From Balanoglossus misakiensis (lineage: Eukaryota; Animalia; Hemichordata): a stretch of DNA of 64,000 nucleotides. The notes beneath the pieces were generated by a model. It made no database searches and was not told where the DNA came from. It saw only the letters and a list, made by a program, of their open reading frames with translations. The translations under genes were made by a program, and so were the position numbers. The stretch is taken from NCBI GenBank assembly GCA_040954595.2, contig CM082586.2:11253337-11317336 (forward strand), given 5' to 3'. How positions within the stretch are numbered: position 1 is the first letter of the stretch; every line of letters starts with the position of its first letter. This document shows positions 37,833-51,803 of this stretch, one piece after another.

Positions 37833-40489
37833 AAATGAAAAAAAATCCACGAGGTCTCAAAATGAATACACACCAATTTCTAAAGCAATTTGACCAGTTT
37901 CCACCAATTTCACATTGGTCCCAGTGGTAGATAGACATATACGAAATGGGAACCAAAGAATAAAACACATTTCAAAGATTTAACACATCTTTTTCCTCAA
38001 GAGTGTTTTTCAAATCTTCAGATCTTTCAGATCCTTCAAAATCGCCACCATAAAGCCATATTACTTGAAGTGCTTATGTTTGTCATATCTAGGTGATGCA
38101 TACCACTATAGATGTGTACCCTTTGTATAGAGGCAGATTAAACAGGTGTGGTACCTGTTAAATATCTGACTTCTTTAAATTACAGCCACAATCGTCAGTC
38201 AACAAGATGTTCATGTAGATGTATACCTAGCAGTAAGCTTATTTAGATTGACAAATCTTAGATGAAAATAATGAAAAAGTGGCACAACCCTTAGGGCTTT
38301 AACTAGCAGCTTTATGCCAGATGAGTTCGAGTCTAACGATGTAATGTTGACATTAAGGTTTCATTGAAATAACTTGGGAACCTCTCTACTATTTGAAGCA
38401 CCAAAGCTGTGAAAAACTTCCTTCTTTCCCTGAGTTTTTTATGAATATGTTCTAATCTGGGACAACAATTTGTTGCCAAGTGTCTTGACCCCTTTACCAA
38501 ATGTCAGGGACCGGATTTTTTTCAGCAAAATTTCAAATAACCTTGGCTGATTTTTTACCTACTTTCACATATTGGGTAGCATGAAACAAAGTATGGCTTC
38601 CAGAAGGGTTATAGATACAGTGTTTTGTAATAACAAGAATTAACATGAAACTATAATTTCATGGTTAATTTAGGACCGCCTTAATCTATGGTAATGTCAT
38701 TAAATATTTGCATATCTAATTGTAGGCTATCCAGTGGAGGGAGAAACCTAAACATGGACAACATTGGGGTCAAAATTGTTTGACAGAACTTTGGGTGACT
38801 TTGGGTAAACCTTGACCAACATTACTATATCTTGGCATCCAGAGCAGATGCAACCTTGACACTTGGAGTGATGGAAATGCATAATGGAGTATTATGTCTC
38901 AGCTAGTCACAGTGCTTTTGCTGTGTTTTATGTCTTTTATTCAGCCAAATTAGATGTTTTTTATTACACATTGGCTGTGTTTGCCAGTACTTTTTAGCTG
39001 GTCACACTGCCTTAAGACAATGTATTCTCAAAATACCATGCAATCATTATGAAGCATATACAGCAGACAAAGTTATGGTATGACTGAACTTGCCCTTCTT
39101 TGTGACTAAAGCATGACCGGCCTGTCTTAGGTGGCCCCTACCTAGGGGCTTTACCCGTCATTGGCTCACAGTCTGAGAAATCAGCTCTGCAGGGAAGTTA
39201 ACGATGTAACCCACCATTAAAGCTTGGATTTCCGCTTTTTGTATCTGATGCCTGGCTGAGGCCTTCTTAGGATCTACCCAACGCTGAGTAGGCTATCCCG
39301 TCATTGGCACACAGTCTCAGGGAGGGAGTCCAAAGTTCAGTATACCAGCAAAGCCTTTATATTGTCCATTCTTTTTAAGAGAAGGCTGGCTGCTGTAGAA
39401 AAATGTTGATCTCAAATGTATCATGTCCAAAAAAAGGCAGACTTCCAGCCCTATTGGTTAGGCTGGCATTAGGTATGTACATAATTAATGAGGCAAGACA
39501 TAATATTCCATTACATAGTTCCATAACTCCAAGTGTCAAGGATGTATCTGTGCCGGATGCCAAGATATAGGAATGTAGGTCAAAGTTTACCCAAGATCAC
39601 CCAAAAGTTTGTCAAAAGATTTTGACCCCAGAGTTGTCCATGTCCAGGTTACCACATCCACTAGAATAAGATATGCACATATTTAATGAGGTTACCATAG
39701 CTCAAGGGGGTCTTTAATTAACCATCAACATTTAGTTTCATATTAATGCATGTTAATATAATACACTGTATCTATAACCCTACTGGTAAGCCTAGAATTA
39801 GGTACATGCGAAAGTTTTTGACAAGATAGATAAGTTGTAAAATATGTACATGAACCTGACAATTGACTTAAAATAACATAAGGCAGACTTGATACTTATC
39901 GGAGATAGATACTAATAACAACAGTGATGTTAATTACACCGGGAATGTTTGTCTTATTATAGCTACATGTAAAAGACTGCTTGAGGTAATGTAATTAAAG
40001 TGACCACTTGCGATTCACCTTCAAAGTGCTATGCAAGTCTACGGTACATTGTTTTTCCAATGATTGGACAAAGGATATTCATAATGTGTAATTAAGGCTG
40101 GATAGCATTTTCAATGTAATAAGCCCTGCCTTCACTATAATCTTACGCCAAATCAACATTGTTCAATTTATGTTAATAATTTCACTAAGGGATACTTGTT
40201 ACATCAAATTTCCCAGCAAGGGGTGTCAGATTATTGGGCAAGTGGCATGCATGACACTAGACGATACTTTTGGAAGCAAAGCGGACAGAACACGGCTGGA
40301 TATAGACTAGGTAATTCTGAATGTGACCATGAACTGTACCACAGACTCTGTATTGTATGTTTCTGAAGAATCCCATTTAACCCAGACATCAACATACTTC
40401 AACTTTGTAAGAAGTAGAACATACATGATTTACTAGTAAATATTTGCTAGCTTATTACACACTTTGGATTACACAAAAATAGGTGTGTA

Positions 40490-41380
40490 CACCGCTGTGA
40501 CATTGCCAAGCAGATATGACCTACCAGGTAACCTAATACAATTTCACAGGAATCGGAGTATTTTCAGTGAAAACAACATTTCTTCAACAATGACAAAAAC
40601 TGCCTCAACCACAAAAATTCAGATATCAACAAATCCAACAATATCTCACTTCAATCACCACAAGGAACATGCCTACCAAAATTGAAAGCAATTTGACATG
40701 CGGTTTCAAAGAATACAAATTGCAAAAATTGCCTCAAGACCACAAATATGCAAATTTCACCAAAATGATATACAACATTACTTGGGTTACCTCATGGAAC
40801 AAGCAAACCAAAATTTAAATGCAACCTGACCTGACATGGAGTTTCAGAGAAAATGATTTTTGACCAAAAATGACAAAATTATATTTCCCAAAAATTACAA
40901 ATTTTGCCACAATTTAAACAATACTAACAAAGATTACCTATAGGAAATAGCATACTAAATTCTAGATACAATTCACGATATTAGCTGAAAGTATATCAGG
41001 CGTGACATAAGCTACATGCATACAAATGTTCAAAGCAATCTGACCAGTTGTTGAGTTTCTGAGTTTTGATCAATTTCACATTGCTCCAGGTAATTAGCAT
41101 ATTTCATTTGAACAGGCGTGCCTGCATCTAAAAACCCAATATCAAGACTTACCACACAGACTCTGTATTGTATGTTTCTGGAGTAATCAAATAAAACCAA
41201 TCATGAAAATACTTCAACCTTCTTAATATGAACAAAATCCTATTTACAGGCTGGCCTACATCTACACACCAAATATCAAGGGGATACGCGAAGGGGTTTT
41301 CAAGTTTTTGATGTGGACAGACATACATACATCCATACATACTACATACACACATACAGAGGCAACTGACTGGTCAGAAG
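40490..41380 (-). mobile_element. HINE remnant related to the 9154-10756 element (inverted counterpart 51740-52600)
   Basis: 41255-41360 matches 10563-10700 (cctaca.ctacacaccaaatat...ggttttcaagtttttgatgtggac.gacatac). Confidence 0.65.
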
Positions 41381-43747
41381 GCATGAGCAAAAATGCAGGA
41401 AATCAATGTTGTGACACTGGTAGTAGGCCTTAATGTATACAATATCAAGACAGTTTATTTAACATGAAGTTTGATATGTTCATAATCATTCAGAGCTAAG
41501 CATATTTTGAAATTGTAAAATTAATATCAATCACATGAAAACTGACAGCATGCTTTCATTTGGGAATTTAGGTATTGTAATTAACACTAACAGTCATGAA
41601 ACTATTGAATCGTCAATAAAATCATACAGTAGAAATTAATGGGTTTTCTATTTATATGCGATGTGAAAATGCAACTTGTGGTCCTTCGGCCAGTAAGAGG
41701 CATCAGATAATATTGTAAGACCCAGTTGCCCAATTGATTAGACCTACATGTATGCGCTGTGTGAAGCGCAAGTTATGGCAACTGAATTCACAGGACACTG
41801 AAGAAAGTGGAATCACTCAAGGTACATATGTATACATGTAGGCTAACAATCACAACACAGAGAATAGTTCTCCATATTCATTTTTAATACGATAAGATTC
41901 ACTGAATTGGCGCATCCATGGGCAGGCAAGGTTAGTTCCAACTCAGTTTGCAAATCAGGCCCATGTATCTTGTTCCCTGAGACTGTCTGCTTCTAATAAT
42001 AGCTGTAAGAACATAATCGTTGACCGAATGGTTGGTTCAATTTTGCGACATTTTATGATTTCAAGCTGTGCAATATTTGCAACTCAGTTTCAACTTTGGT
42101 TGGAGGGATGATGATGAAGCAATTTCACTGACAAAATAGCACTACTAACTGACGTCAATATTTGTTCAAAGTTAAATGCATTGCCATCAGAAAAATGTAT
42201 ACGAAAAGTTTCGTATGTGAATAATAACACTTTTTCGCATAACTGCAAACCCTGTCACAGTTGTGAAATTCTAAGAAAATTCATTCATTAGGTAGAATTC
42301 GTGCTTTATGAATTCTTAAACAAACTTAGTCATGAAACCTAAATGGTTACCTTACACATGTGGAGGCTCGACTTCTGTGATATGATAGTCTTTAATTAAT
42401 GTGTATGTGATTCCATACAAATCCATATGATTACCTGAACATACAAAATAAATTAAAAATAAATACATAAATTAAAAATAAATAAGTATCTCATACATAT
42501 GCATAAGTGCTTGTGAGAAATATATCATATATCTAAATAAACCTGTCATTTATTGACCTCATTTTCCCAGTAAACCAAAGGACTAAATTGCACTTTAATA
42601 TTACAGCTTCATTTCAATGCAACAGGTACACTACATCATAAGGGAACAAATATGCCAGCTCAACATTTATATAAACAGTGTCAAAATATAAGTGGCTACA
42701 AAAGCTTGTGTCCCTTCAATCCATTCTCCCACTCAGGTCAAACGTGTTACATATTAAAATTGCAATGTGCATAATATACAATTAGTCTTTTGTAAATTCA
42801 GACTGAGAAAATATGACTGATAAACATTATCTGGCACATGTTGGTGAATGGCTGGCGTTGATGTTGTGGGTTGAAATCCGAACTATGATTATCGCGGGTA
42901 CAAATCACATTTATTTTCTCAGAGACAACACGTTTGCAACTTCGGGACAGAAAGGTGAAAACGAACGTCATTAGTTCTTGGGAAAAAACTCTGAAATCAA
43001 TTTCATTGAGGTCAAATGTGTTCCAAAGGCAAACCGTTTCTGGTAAACAAATCAATGGCAAATAGTTACTTCGGCGACTTACCAATCAATCAACATGGCT
43101 GCCAAATCGTTGGATATCCCGGTTTCATCTCGCGATCATTCTATCTTCCGATATGGCGTTGCTTGGTTAAATTCGTCTCTTCTTTGCCGACATAGTCGGG
43201 CGACAGCGGTCGAGAAGCATATACAGCGACGCCATCTTGTTTACAATGTGAAGTATCAACTGCGCATGCTCAATGGTTGTTGATTGGAAAGTGGGCAGAG
43301 CCTGCAAGATCCAGGGTTCGCTTGACCGGCCAAACGCGGTTATTCTCCCTGGACCAAATCATTTAAGCGTCAGGCGTAATACATCACATAATTGACTGGA
43401 AAACTAAACAGTCTTCCACCTATATATCAACACAGTTTATTAAACCAGCACCCGCGCAAATATTCACAAGTATATGATTAAAATTGATGAAATCATTAAT
43501 CGCACGGTTACAGCTGTCATAGTTTCTAATAATATTATTCACTGGTAGCGCTGACATACCATGTTGAAACTTGTCGCGGAAAACAAGATAATTGATCTTA
43601 CGGTGTCATTTGTTTTTAAAAAGTGCTTAATAACTATTGATCCCATTGATATATTTTTTCCATATTTATATATTTTTCGCAAATTTTGACTGCTTGGGCT
43701 ACTAATAGCATGGTGATCACAATGGATTTACCACCTCCCAGCTGCCT

Positions 43748-45992
43748 TATAAAAGAATGCCTATTCTGTGGACACTAGCCTCATCGAAGACCGAACGTGT
43801 TCATCGATGTTTCCATTCATGACGAACTCCAATGCAGGCGTCGCAGTCATTCTGGCTTTCACGCTGTGGGCACCTCTGGTGACAGCAATTCCCAACAAGT
43901 TGCGGGTAAGTAATCACACAACCTATATGAGTGAAAGTTTCTTGTCATTTTCGCAACGTCAAGGTTGATATTCTCTTCTTGGATCGAAAATGTGTGACAC
44001 AACAAATGAATCTGCGTGGCAGGGTCGGCTGTGTCTTTTGCTTCGAGGCATAGTCGTCAGACACACATCCCTAACACGCGAAGCCAGCTTATCCTTTGAT
44101 CAAATGGCAGCGCTATTCTAAATATTTTACAGCATGCCCTAAAGGACAAACACGTGCCGCTGGAAGAGGCCAACACTCAGCAGAGACGGCAAGATGTTAA
44201 CGGAGGTGAGCCCCAACAATAAATTAATATTGTTCCTTTTATTTAGAAAACGCCGCATAATTAGCCAACCAATCATGGTTATGAGAAACCTCCAAAATAC
44301 AATGTATCGATATTTACTGCATCTGTTCATACTTCGCCCGCGCTTTAAAAACCCTATAGCTGCTAAAATTGGCATATTTTTTTCCAGAGTAAAATACTTC
44401 ATATGTATATTCCCTATTCCCTAAAATCTTCACCCGTGACCATTGAGCCATATTACTTGCATTTGCATTGGTTTGTCATAACCTGGCGTCGCATTTCACG
44501 ATAGCTGCTTAGCTGCTATTGTTTGTATGAAGGCTGATTAAATCGGTGAGGCACCGTTTTAATACATAGCATGTTCCAATTGCAACATGCAGTCACAATC
44601 GGGCATCGATAAGATGTTTATGTATACCTATCAGTAAGCTTATTTTGATGAACCAATTTAAGTTGGAAAATAAAATCATGAAAATAATGCTAAAAGTGGC
44701 AGCTTTGGAGGCTTTAAACTACAGTTCTCCCAAATTGTCTTGACTAAATGACATACATGTGGTCAAAAGTTCTGACTGCAGAAGAGGTTGCAGCTGTGGC
44801 GGGGGACTGTTCAATTGGAGGAAATATATTTACATGGAATAAAGACAATATTGAAATGGCAGCAGAAATAGTTCCTACTGAAAAGAATGCTATCTGCAGT
44901 GAGTATCACAACTTTAAAATGAAAGATTTTGCAAATTTAAAAAAAATATTGAGTGTTTTGACATGCGTCAGTGGTCAGTAACACACAAGCTGCATGATAA
45001 GAGGGTCACGAGAAATTGTAAGCCGCAATGTATAATGGATTAACTCCATGACCTATGCGACCTACGAACTGTGACGTACAGAATTTATTTCTACGTGTAA
45101 TGCGGTCTGCGGCAGTGAGCCACAGACCGCATTGCGAGAGCAGTGAGAATTCACCACAATGCAAACTTTCTGAACGTAGGTTGATCTTCGAATGAAATAT
45201 TACCTTGTCACCAGTTTTCCACATGGCTACACTGTAAAATTGGGTGACGTGTTCGTTCACAAGTGGAATAATTGTGAGTAGTAAAGCACGCGAAGTTAAG
45301 CAACGAGCACGTTTTGAAATGCGCGCAGATGATCCCAGTTTAGCAAATTCAGGCCATTGCGTGCATGCAAAATAAAATAATACTGTACCGGGGGTGAGCC
45401 TACTTTCTTTCCATACAGATACACGTATATGTTGGTTAAGGTATGTGACAAACAGTTTTCATGTAACAGCCAGTGATGCTGACCATAAAACCAGCGCAGC
45501 TGATGCTTTCATCTACAATTTGCAACATGGACGTTTGTGTCTCTGCATGTGTCGTGCATGTTACTGCTGAACAAAAAAGATATGCGGGCACCACAGGCTG
45601 GCGAAAGCGGTGCTCACGTGCTCTGCAAGCTGATGTTGTCACTAAATTGGCAAAGTATTGTACACATGGAGGAGTTTCTTGAGCTGTCTGTTGTATAAAT
45701 GTCGGTTGTGAGTACATTATTTTTTATTTTATTTTAATAATTTTCAAAGCCCCTATGATTGAAGCATATTATTACGACTCATCCGTTCATCATTCATTCA
45801 TTCATTCATTCATTCATTCATTCATTCATTCATTCATTCATTCATTCATTCATCCATTCAGTCAGTCACTGTACCAATTGAAGACGCCCTTGTATAGGAG
45901 AATTTAGCTATGTACTGACTGTCTTTTCATTTTTTCTTCATCCTATAGAATCTACCGACCTGGTCGCTGTCAATAACAATTCAACTCCTTAA
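43748..45992 (+). pseudogene. Truncated secreted pentraxin/LamG-domain gene
   Basis: TATAAAA at 43748. Exon 43807-43905 is signal-peptide-like (AGVAVILAFTLWAPLVTA) and ends |gtaagt. 44748-44898 reads YMWSKVLTAEEVAAVAGDCSIGGNIFTW, a pentraxin C-terminal motif, and ends |gtgagt. A phase-compatible last exon lies at 45949-45992. Most of the domain is absent. Confidence 0.62.
45787..45860. repeat. (TTCA)n microsatellite
   Basis: Direct reading. Confidence 0.97.
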
Positions 45993-46250
45993 ACATCCTG
46001 TGTGTGTGAAGTCTATGAACACTGGCCATGCATTTCAATTCAAGGACAAAATGAATGCGCAATATTTCGTTTTATCGAGAGTAATGTGCAGTGATTAAAT
46101 TTGCTAGGGCTCTCTTAGCAGATTTGGAGTTAGTCATTTTGGTAGAAACTTTTCGAGATGGGAAATCTTTGGTCATCTAACCAAGTTATTTGTATTTTTG
46201 TTATATAAGACAGAGTCATTTCTATATCATAGATGCAAGTTTAATTTATA

Positions 46251-46326
46251 ACATGAATTTGAATAAAATATTTTTTTTAAATATCACCACATGAATTTGA
46301 ATAAAATATTTTTTTTAAATATCACC
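46251..46326. repeat. 38-bp perfect tandem duplication
   Basis: acatgaatttgaataaaatattttttttaaatatcacc occurs twice. Confidence 0.9.
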
Positions 46327-48354
46327 AGATTGAAATCTTTGGAAGTTTGCACTTAGAGGGATGGCATGGCAGTTTTCCACTGTTCATATTACAAAGAATT
46401 TGGCGTCACGTGTAGATTTCATGAGTGTTCGAGTTTTGCTCTTCCCAGCCTTGTACCCACAATCCTCTGATACTTACACTTACGTCAGTTCTATAGCCGC
46501 TGACCCACTAGATTCTCCTTATGAATTGCCCAAATTATTTTTTGGTATAGTTTTGATAGTTAGTGCACGGAAACTTTTGATCGATTCACGAAATTCAAAA
46601 TATGTTACATCACAAACCTCATAAAAAGGAGGCTAGAGTAGCCTGTTTGTTTTCAGGTAATTTTACAATTACCTCAATTACCTTTTTTCGAGGGAGGGGG
46701 TTAAGAAAACATACAGATTGAAATAACAAGGAAGTGGTATATCAAACCGAAACCTTATCTCAATCGTGATTCTAGAGTGTTTCCATGTCATGTGACATCC
46801 ACAAAAATGTGGTATTATCTTGAAAAGAGTCCCGATTTCCCAAACTGGTTTTGCGAATGTACTTCACTTTGGAGCAATGCATGAGTACATTCGTAGAAAG
46901 ATATTGCTCCACTATTTACTGACACTCCTCTTGTACTGCAAATATTACTGCATTCTGTCAGGGCAAGACAAAAGACACAGCAGAACTGCCAGAATTAAAA
47001 CAGACAACTGGCAATTTCAATAAAACATGTAATAACAAATATATGTAACATTGAATGAGGTGTCCATACAGCTTGGTCATTTAAAGACCTCCAGTCATTG
47101 TGACAATGCATAAATATTTATGTACACCATATTAAAAATTAGTTCAGGCATACCTTATACATGTATGTTTTTGACTGACCATATCCTCAGCACGCCCTTT
47201 TTTTCAAAAAGACTATCATTATTCTCTGCCAGGCAGAGAGTTGCCGCTTTCTTGTTAACAATAATATACTATTATAACATTGCATAGATTCCTGTTTGTT
47301 TCTGTCCATATCTCACAAACTGTGGTGTGCATACTGTTGAAATGACCTCAAGAAGAAAATGCCAAATGGAAAAATATTTGACATACTAACCTGTATGATA
47401 ATGTTATACGGTACAATATATTTAACAGTTCCAATCCAATGTTGAGAACTAACAAAACAATTTGAGCAGAATTCATTTAAAATTAATTGCAGTTCCGTTT
47501 CACCGCATTTCATAGGATGCTGGCTAAAATTCATACTATGGTGGATTACCTGTTATGCATTTCTTTCCCTATTTCGTCTGGCAGATTTGAGTTTGACAAG
47601 CTGTCATTTTCCTTTCAGCTCCGCAAAATTGATGGATTTACTTTGACAGCACACAGACTGTCCATTTGTCATCGGAGATACAAGCAGCATCAGTTGCTGA
47701 ACAGCTTGCAGCAGTGTTGGAAAAGAGTACACAACACTAACTTGCAAGAGTGCTTTGGCCCTTTCTTCACACTGTCCGAAACTTGTTGTGTTACATCATT
47801 GCTTAATGAATAAGAAATACACAGGTATTTAGCGTTCTATTCAATACCTACAATAGATAAAAGGGTGTCGGTCTGTATGCGACAATCTTCAATGTTCTTA
47901 TGAGCACAAGGCTTTATTCAGGGAACGTTTTACAGTAAGAATTATATGATATAAACTGAATAAGTTTGTTGTCTGTCAACTCTTCTGTCTTTGTCTTACC
48001 GATACGGTTCTAACCGCAAACACTGAGGCTTCTCTGCTCGTACACAGTATAAATCAATGGATGATAAAATGCGCCCTCTTTTGGTGAACTCTTCGTACCG
48101 CCCGACCTTCTACCTTACATTAAGGCATGTAGGGCGGTCAGGTAGATGGCAGTGTATTGCAAGCGTCTCTTGCATATTTTTTTCCGCCAGGAATGGCATA
48201 CATTCGTTTTTGGCGACACCACAACTGCTGGAACTTCTCGAAAAATAGAGAGCCGGATTTCATAAATGCTCATGTTTTCCGAAGGGCTGAAAGAAGATCC
48301 AGAGTGGAATATTTAAATTTGCCTGTGGCAGACATCATAGTGGCTGCCAGTTAT

Positions 48355-48548
48355 TCTATTTCTTGTGCAAGAGATAGTATCTTGTTCCAGCGAGATGTTT
48401 TCTCGTGTGCACGAGAAACATGCTATCTCGTGCATATCTCGTGCGCACGAGAAAATTGCGAGCGCACTCGTGTTCACGACGAAAATATCACATGCACACG
48501 TAAGTCGTGCGCACGAGATAAAAAAATGTGCCCTGTAGTCTTTCTTAG
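48355..48548. mobile_element. Probable orphan DNA-transposon end with arrayed palindromes
   Basis: About 6 degenerate copies of the palindrome TCTCGTGCGCACGAGA, ending aaaaaaatgtgccctgtagtctttctta. No partner end was found. Confidence 0.5.
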
Positions 48549-51236
48549 GACATGGTAGCGTGACGTCGCATTGTAATTAACGGACGATCTTGGAAATTCG
48601 GCTATTAATGGTGAATGGACTTTCGCCTCCTTCGAACAACAACAGAGACTGACGTCGCAACAATGACAGAAAAAGTGAAGCAAATGGCCGACAAAACGAA
48701 GAGAATCGGAAAACGGGCAGGATCCTCGGCACAGACATCTGGGAATAATACCACCACATCAAATAGAACGACGAGTAGTGCAGGACAAACCGCCACCAGT
48801 GACTATGACAACAAGTCTGAAGGCGATGCTGGCGAACCCTTGCACAATACAACTACAGTCCTACAGAGAAATGCAGCCCAGCGCCACTCAAGATTTTCCA
48901 TTCCTGGTCTGGCAGCAGCCAAAATATGTTGTTGTTTTTTCTCTTAGAAGCGACCTCAGTCTGAGCTGCATGAGAATAAACTGTAGGTTGGGAATACAAC
49001 AAAAAAACACGCAGTCGCTGCGGTCAACACGTAGCTATTAGTTTCGGTTTTATGTTCGCTACAGCTCGGAAACCAAAATGTGGTACAACTTCAAGCTACA
49101 TAAACTGGAAAGCATAGTACGTGCAGAGCAGACCATGGTGACGAAAGCAGGTATTCTAGGTCGTAAGATAAAAACACGGCGCTAGAAAAACAGTCATCAA
49201 AAGTTGCACGTGTTCCCCGGCCAAAAATAATGTAATTGTTGGCGCACAGAAAGTCCAGTCGATAAACGTTTACGCTATAGAAACTCACTCTCTCAGCAAA
49301 AGTCTGACACCCTCGTCAATGACAAAACGCAAACCGAGCTGGGTATGATCAAGTCAAACATAGGGCCAATCCCCACTCTGTGTTTTATTATTTTCCACAT
49401 ACGATGGTTCTAAATAAAAATGTACCTATTTGAAATGCTTACCGAGGTAAGATCATTGAAAGTTTTCAAACGTTGATGACAAATGTATAACTGATTTTTT
49501 ACAAATGAATAATCGCGCACTTGCATGTTATTTTCTCTATACCAGACACCGCGCGCGCGCCGTTGGCAAAAAAAAAAAACGCGGAAAATTATTGAGCATG
49601 CGCAGTCGATACTTCACAATGTAAACAAGATGGAGTCGCTGCCTATGCTTCTCGACCGCTGTCGCCTGACTATGTCGGCAAAGAAGAGACGAATTTAACC
49701 ATGCAACGCCATATCGGAAGACAGAATGATCGCGAGATGAAACCAGGCTATCCAACGATTAGGCAGCCATGTTGACTGATTGGTATGTCGCCGAAGTAAT
49801 TATTTGCCATTGATTTGTTTACCAGAAACGGTTTGCCTTTGGAACACATTTGGCCTCACCGAAATTGATTTCAGAGGTTTTTTCCCAAAAACTAATGACG
49901 TTCGTGTTCACCTGAGTGCGAGGATGGATTGAAGGGACACAAGCTTTTGTAGCCACCAATATTTTGACACTCTTTATATCAATGTTGAGCTGGCATATTT
50001 GCTCCAATATGATGTAGTGTACCTGTTGCATTGAAATGAAGCTGTAATAATATTACAGTGCAATCTAGTCCTTTGGGTTAATAGGAAAACGAGGTCAATA
50101 AATGACAGGTTTATTTAAATACAGGATATATTTATCACAAGCACTTATGCATATGTATGAGATACTTATTAATTTTTAATTTATTTTTTATTTTTTATTT
50201 ATTTTGTACGTTCAGGTAATCATATGGATTTGTATGGAATCACATACACATTAATTGAAGACTATCATATCACAGAAGTCGAGCCGCCAGATGTGTAAGG
50301 TAACCATTTAGGTTTCATGACTAAGTTTGTTTAAGAATTCATAAAGCTACCCAATGAATGAATTTCCTTAAAATTTCACAAATGTGACAGAGTTTGCAGT
50401 TGTGCAAGAAAGTGTGTATTATTCACATAAGAATTTTTTCGTATGCATTTTTCTGATGGCAATGCATTTGACTGTAAACAAATATGGATGTCAGTTAGTA
50501 GTGCTATTTTGTCAGTGAAATGGCTTCATCATCATCCCTCCAACCAAAGTTGAAACAGAGTTGCAAATATTGCACAGCTTGAAATCATAAAATGTTGCAA
50601 AATTGAACCAACCCTTTGGTCAACGATTATGTTCTTACAGCTATTATTAGAACCAGACAGTCTCAGGGAACAAGAGACATGGGCCTGATTTGCAAGTTGA
50701 GTTAGAACTGCCTTTGCCTGCCCACGGACGCCCCAATTTCAGCAAAAATATTGCATTAAAATATGAGTATGGAGAACTATGCTCTGTGTTTCTTTTGTTA
50801 GCTTACATAGCTGTTGTCATTCTAGTTTTTCCTCCGTCCTGTGAGCAGAGTTTCAGTTGCGAAAACCGACAGTTCTCAAAGTACAAAAGTACACCTAAAT
50901 TGCCTCGGTGATGAGCATGCAGAATTTATCTGATGCTTCTTACTGGCAGAAGGACCCCACCAGTTGCAGATTGTGAATTCCATGGCACAAGGGAATTTAC
51001 GCTTTGCGTTCAAATATAAATAATTAAATCCTGTAAAATTATTCTATATGTTATTTATTGATGATTCAAAAGTGTTATGACTGATTGTGTTAGAGTACCT
51101 GTATTCCATATAAGCATGCTGTCAGTGCACATCCGATTGATAACAATTTCACATTTTTAAAAATTTGCTTCTCTGAATAATTATGAATACATAAAACTTC
51201 ATATGATATAAATTGTCCTGATATCGTAAACATTAA

Positions 51237-51691
51237 ACCCCGATGCGTGGTATAAAAGACCCCCCAAATCAGTGGCGAATCTTAATGCCGTTTGACTGAC
51301 AACAGACAACACCAACGATCTTGGCTCTAATGATCTTGGCTCTATGAAAATCGGCCCAAACAGATCCAAGCATAAAGAATTACACCACACAATGACAGTG
51401 GTTGGCTTTATAAACACACACAACATAAAGTTATCGATGAAAAAGTACACGAGCTTTTGAAACAACGATGATTTTGGGAGAAATCTGGTTTCAGTGCTTT
51501 TCAGAAGCATCCCTGGGAAACAATAACCACGCCATTCAAACAGCTGTCAATCGCATAGAGGTGTAAAGTGTTCAATTATTTTCTATGTACATGAGATCAA
51601 TTACACAGTTATTATGCACGATGACCACTCCCAAATAAACAACTGTACAAACACACGTTAATCCGAACCCCAGTACTTTCCGCTCCGGGGT
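51237..51691. mobile_element. TTAA-target MITE (Kolobok- or piggyBac-type)
   Basis: TTAA-ACCCCGATGCG ... CGCTCCGGGGT-TTAA. An empty site with a single TTAA lies in the left arm at ~41430 (aggccTTAAtgtatac). Confidence 0.85.
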
Positions 51692-51742
51692 TTAAGGCCT
51701 AATGCTAGTGTCACAACATTGATTACCAGACCGTTTCCCTCT

Positions 51743-51803
51743 GTATGTATGTATGTATGTATGTATGTATGTATGTATGTATGTATGTATGTATGTATGT
51801 ATG
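51743..51803. repeat. (GTAT)n microsatellite of HINE remnant
   Basis: Direct reading. Confidence 0.97.

Larger units (their letters stand above)
32110..43274 (+). repeat. Left arm of giant imperfect palindrome (partner 49591-59770)
   Basis: Colinear reverse-complement blocks: 32110-33350/58090-59770, 34378-34700/57575-57900, 35270-35510/56790-57020, 37840-38880/55770-56790, 38880-40310/54310-55770, 40320-41350/51860-52810, 41860-42740/49920-50800 and 42955-43274/49591-49910. Confidence 0.92.

Noticed and set aside
39090-39330. Hammerhead/HDV ribozyme or telomerase RNA in the conserved core
   Set aside because: I could not find a CUGANGA..GAAA core with proper stems, an HDV pseudoknot or a CUAACCCU template by eye. 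It is left as an unassigned conserved element.
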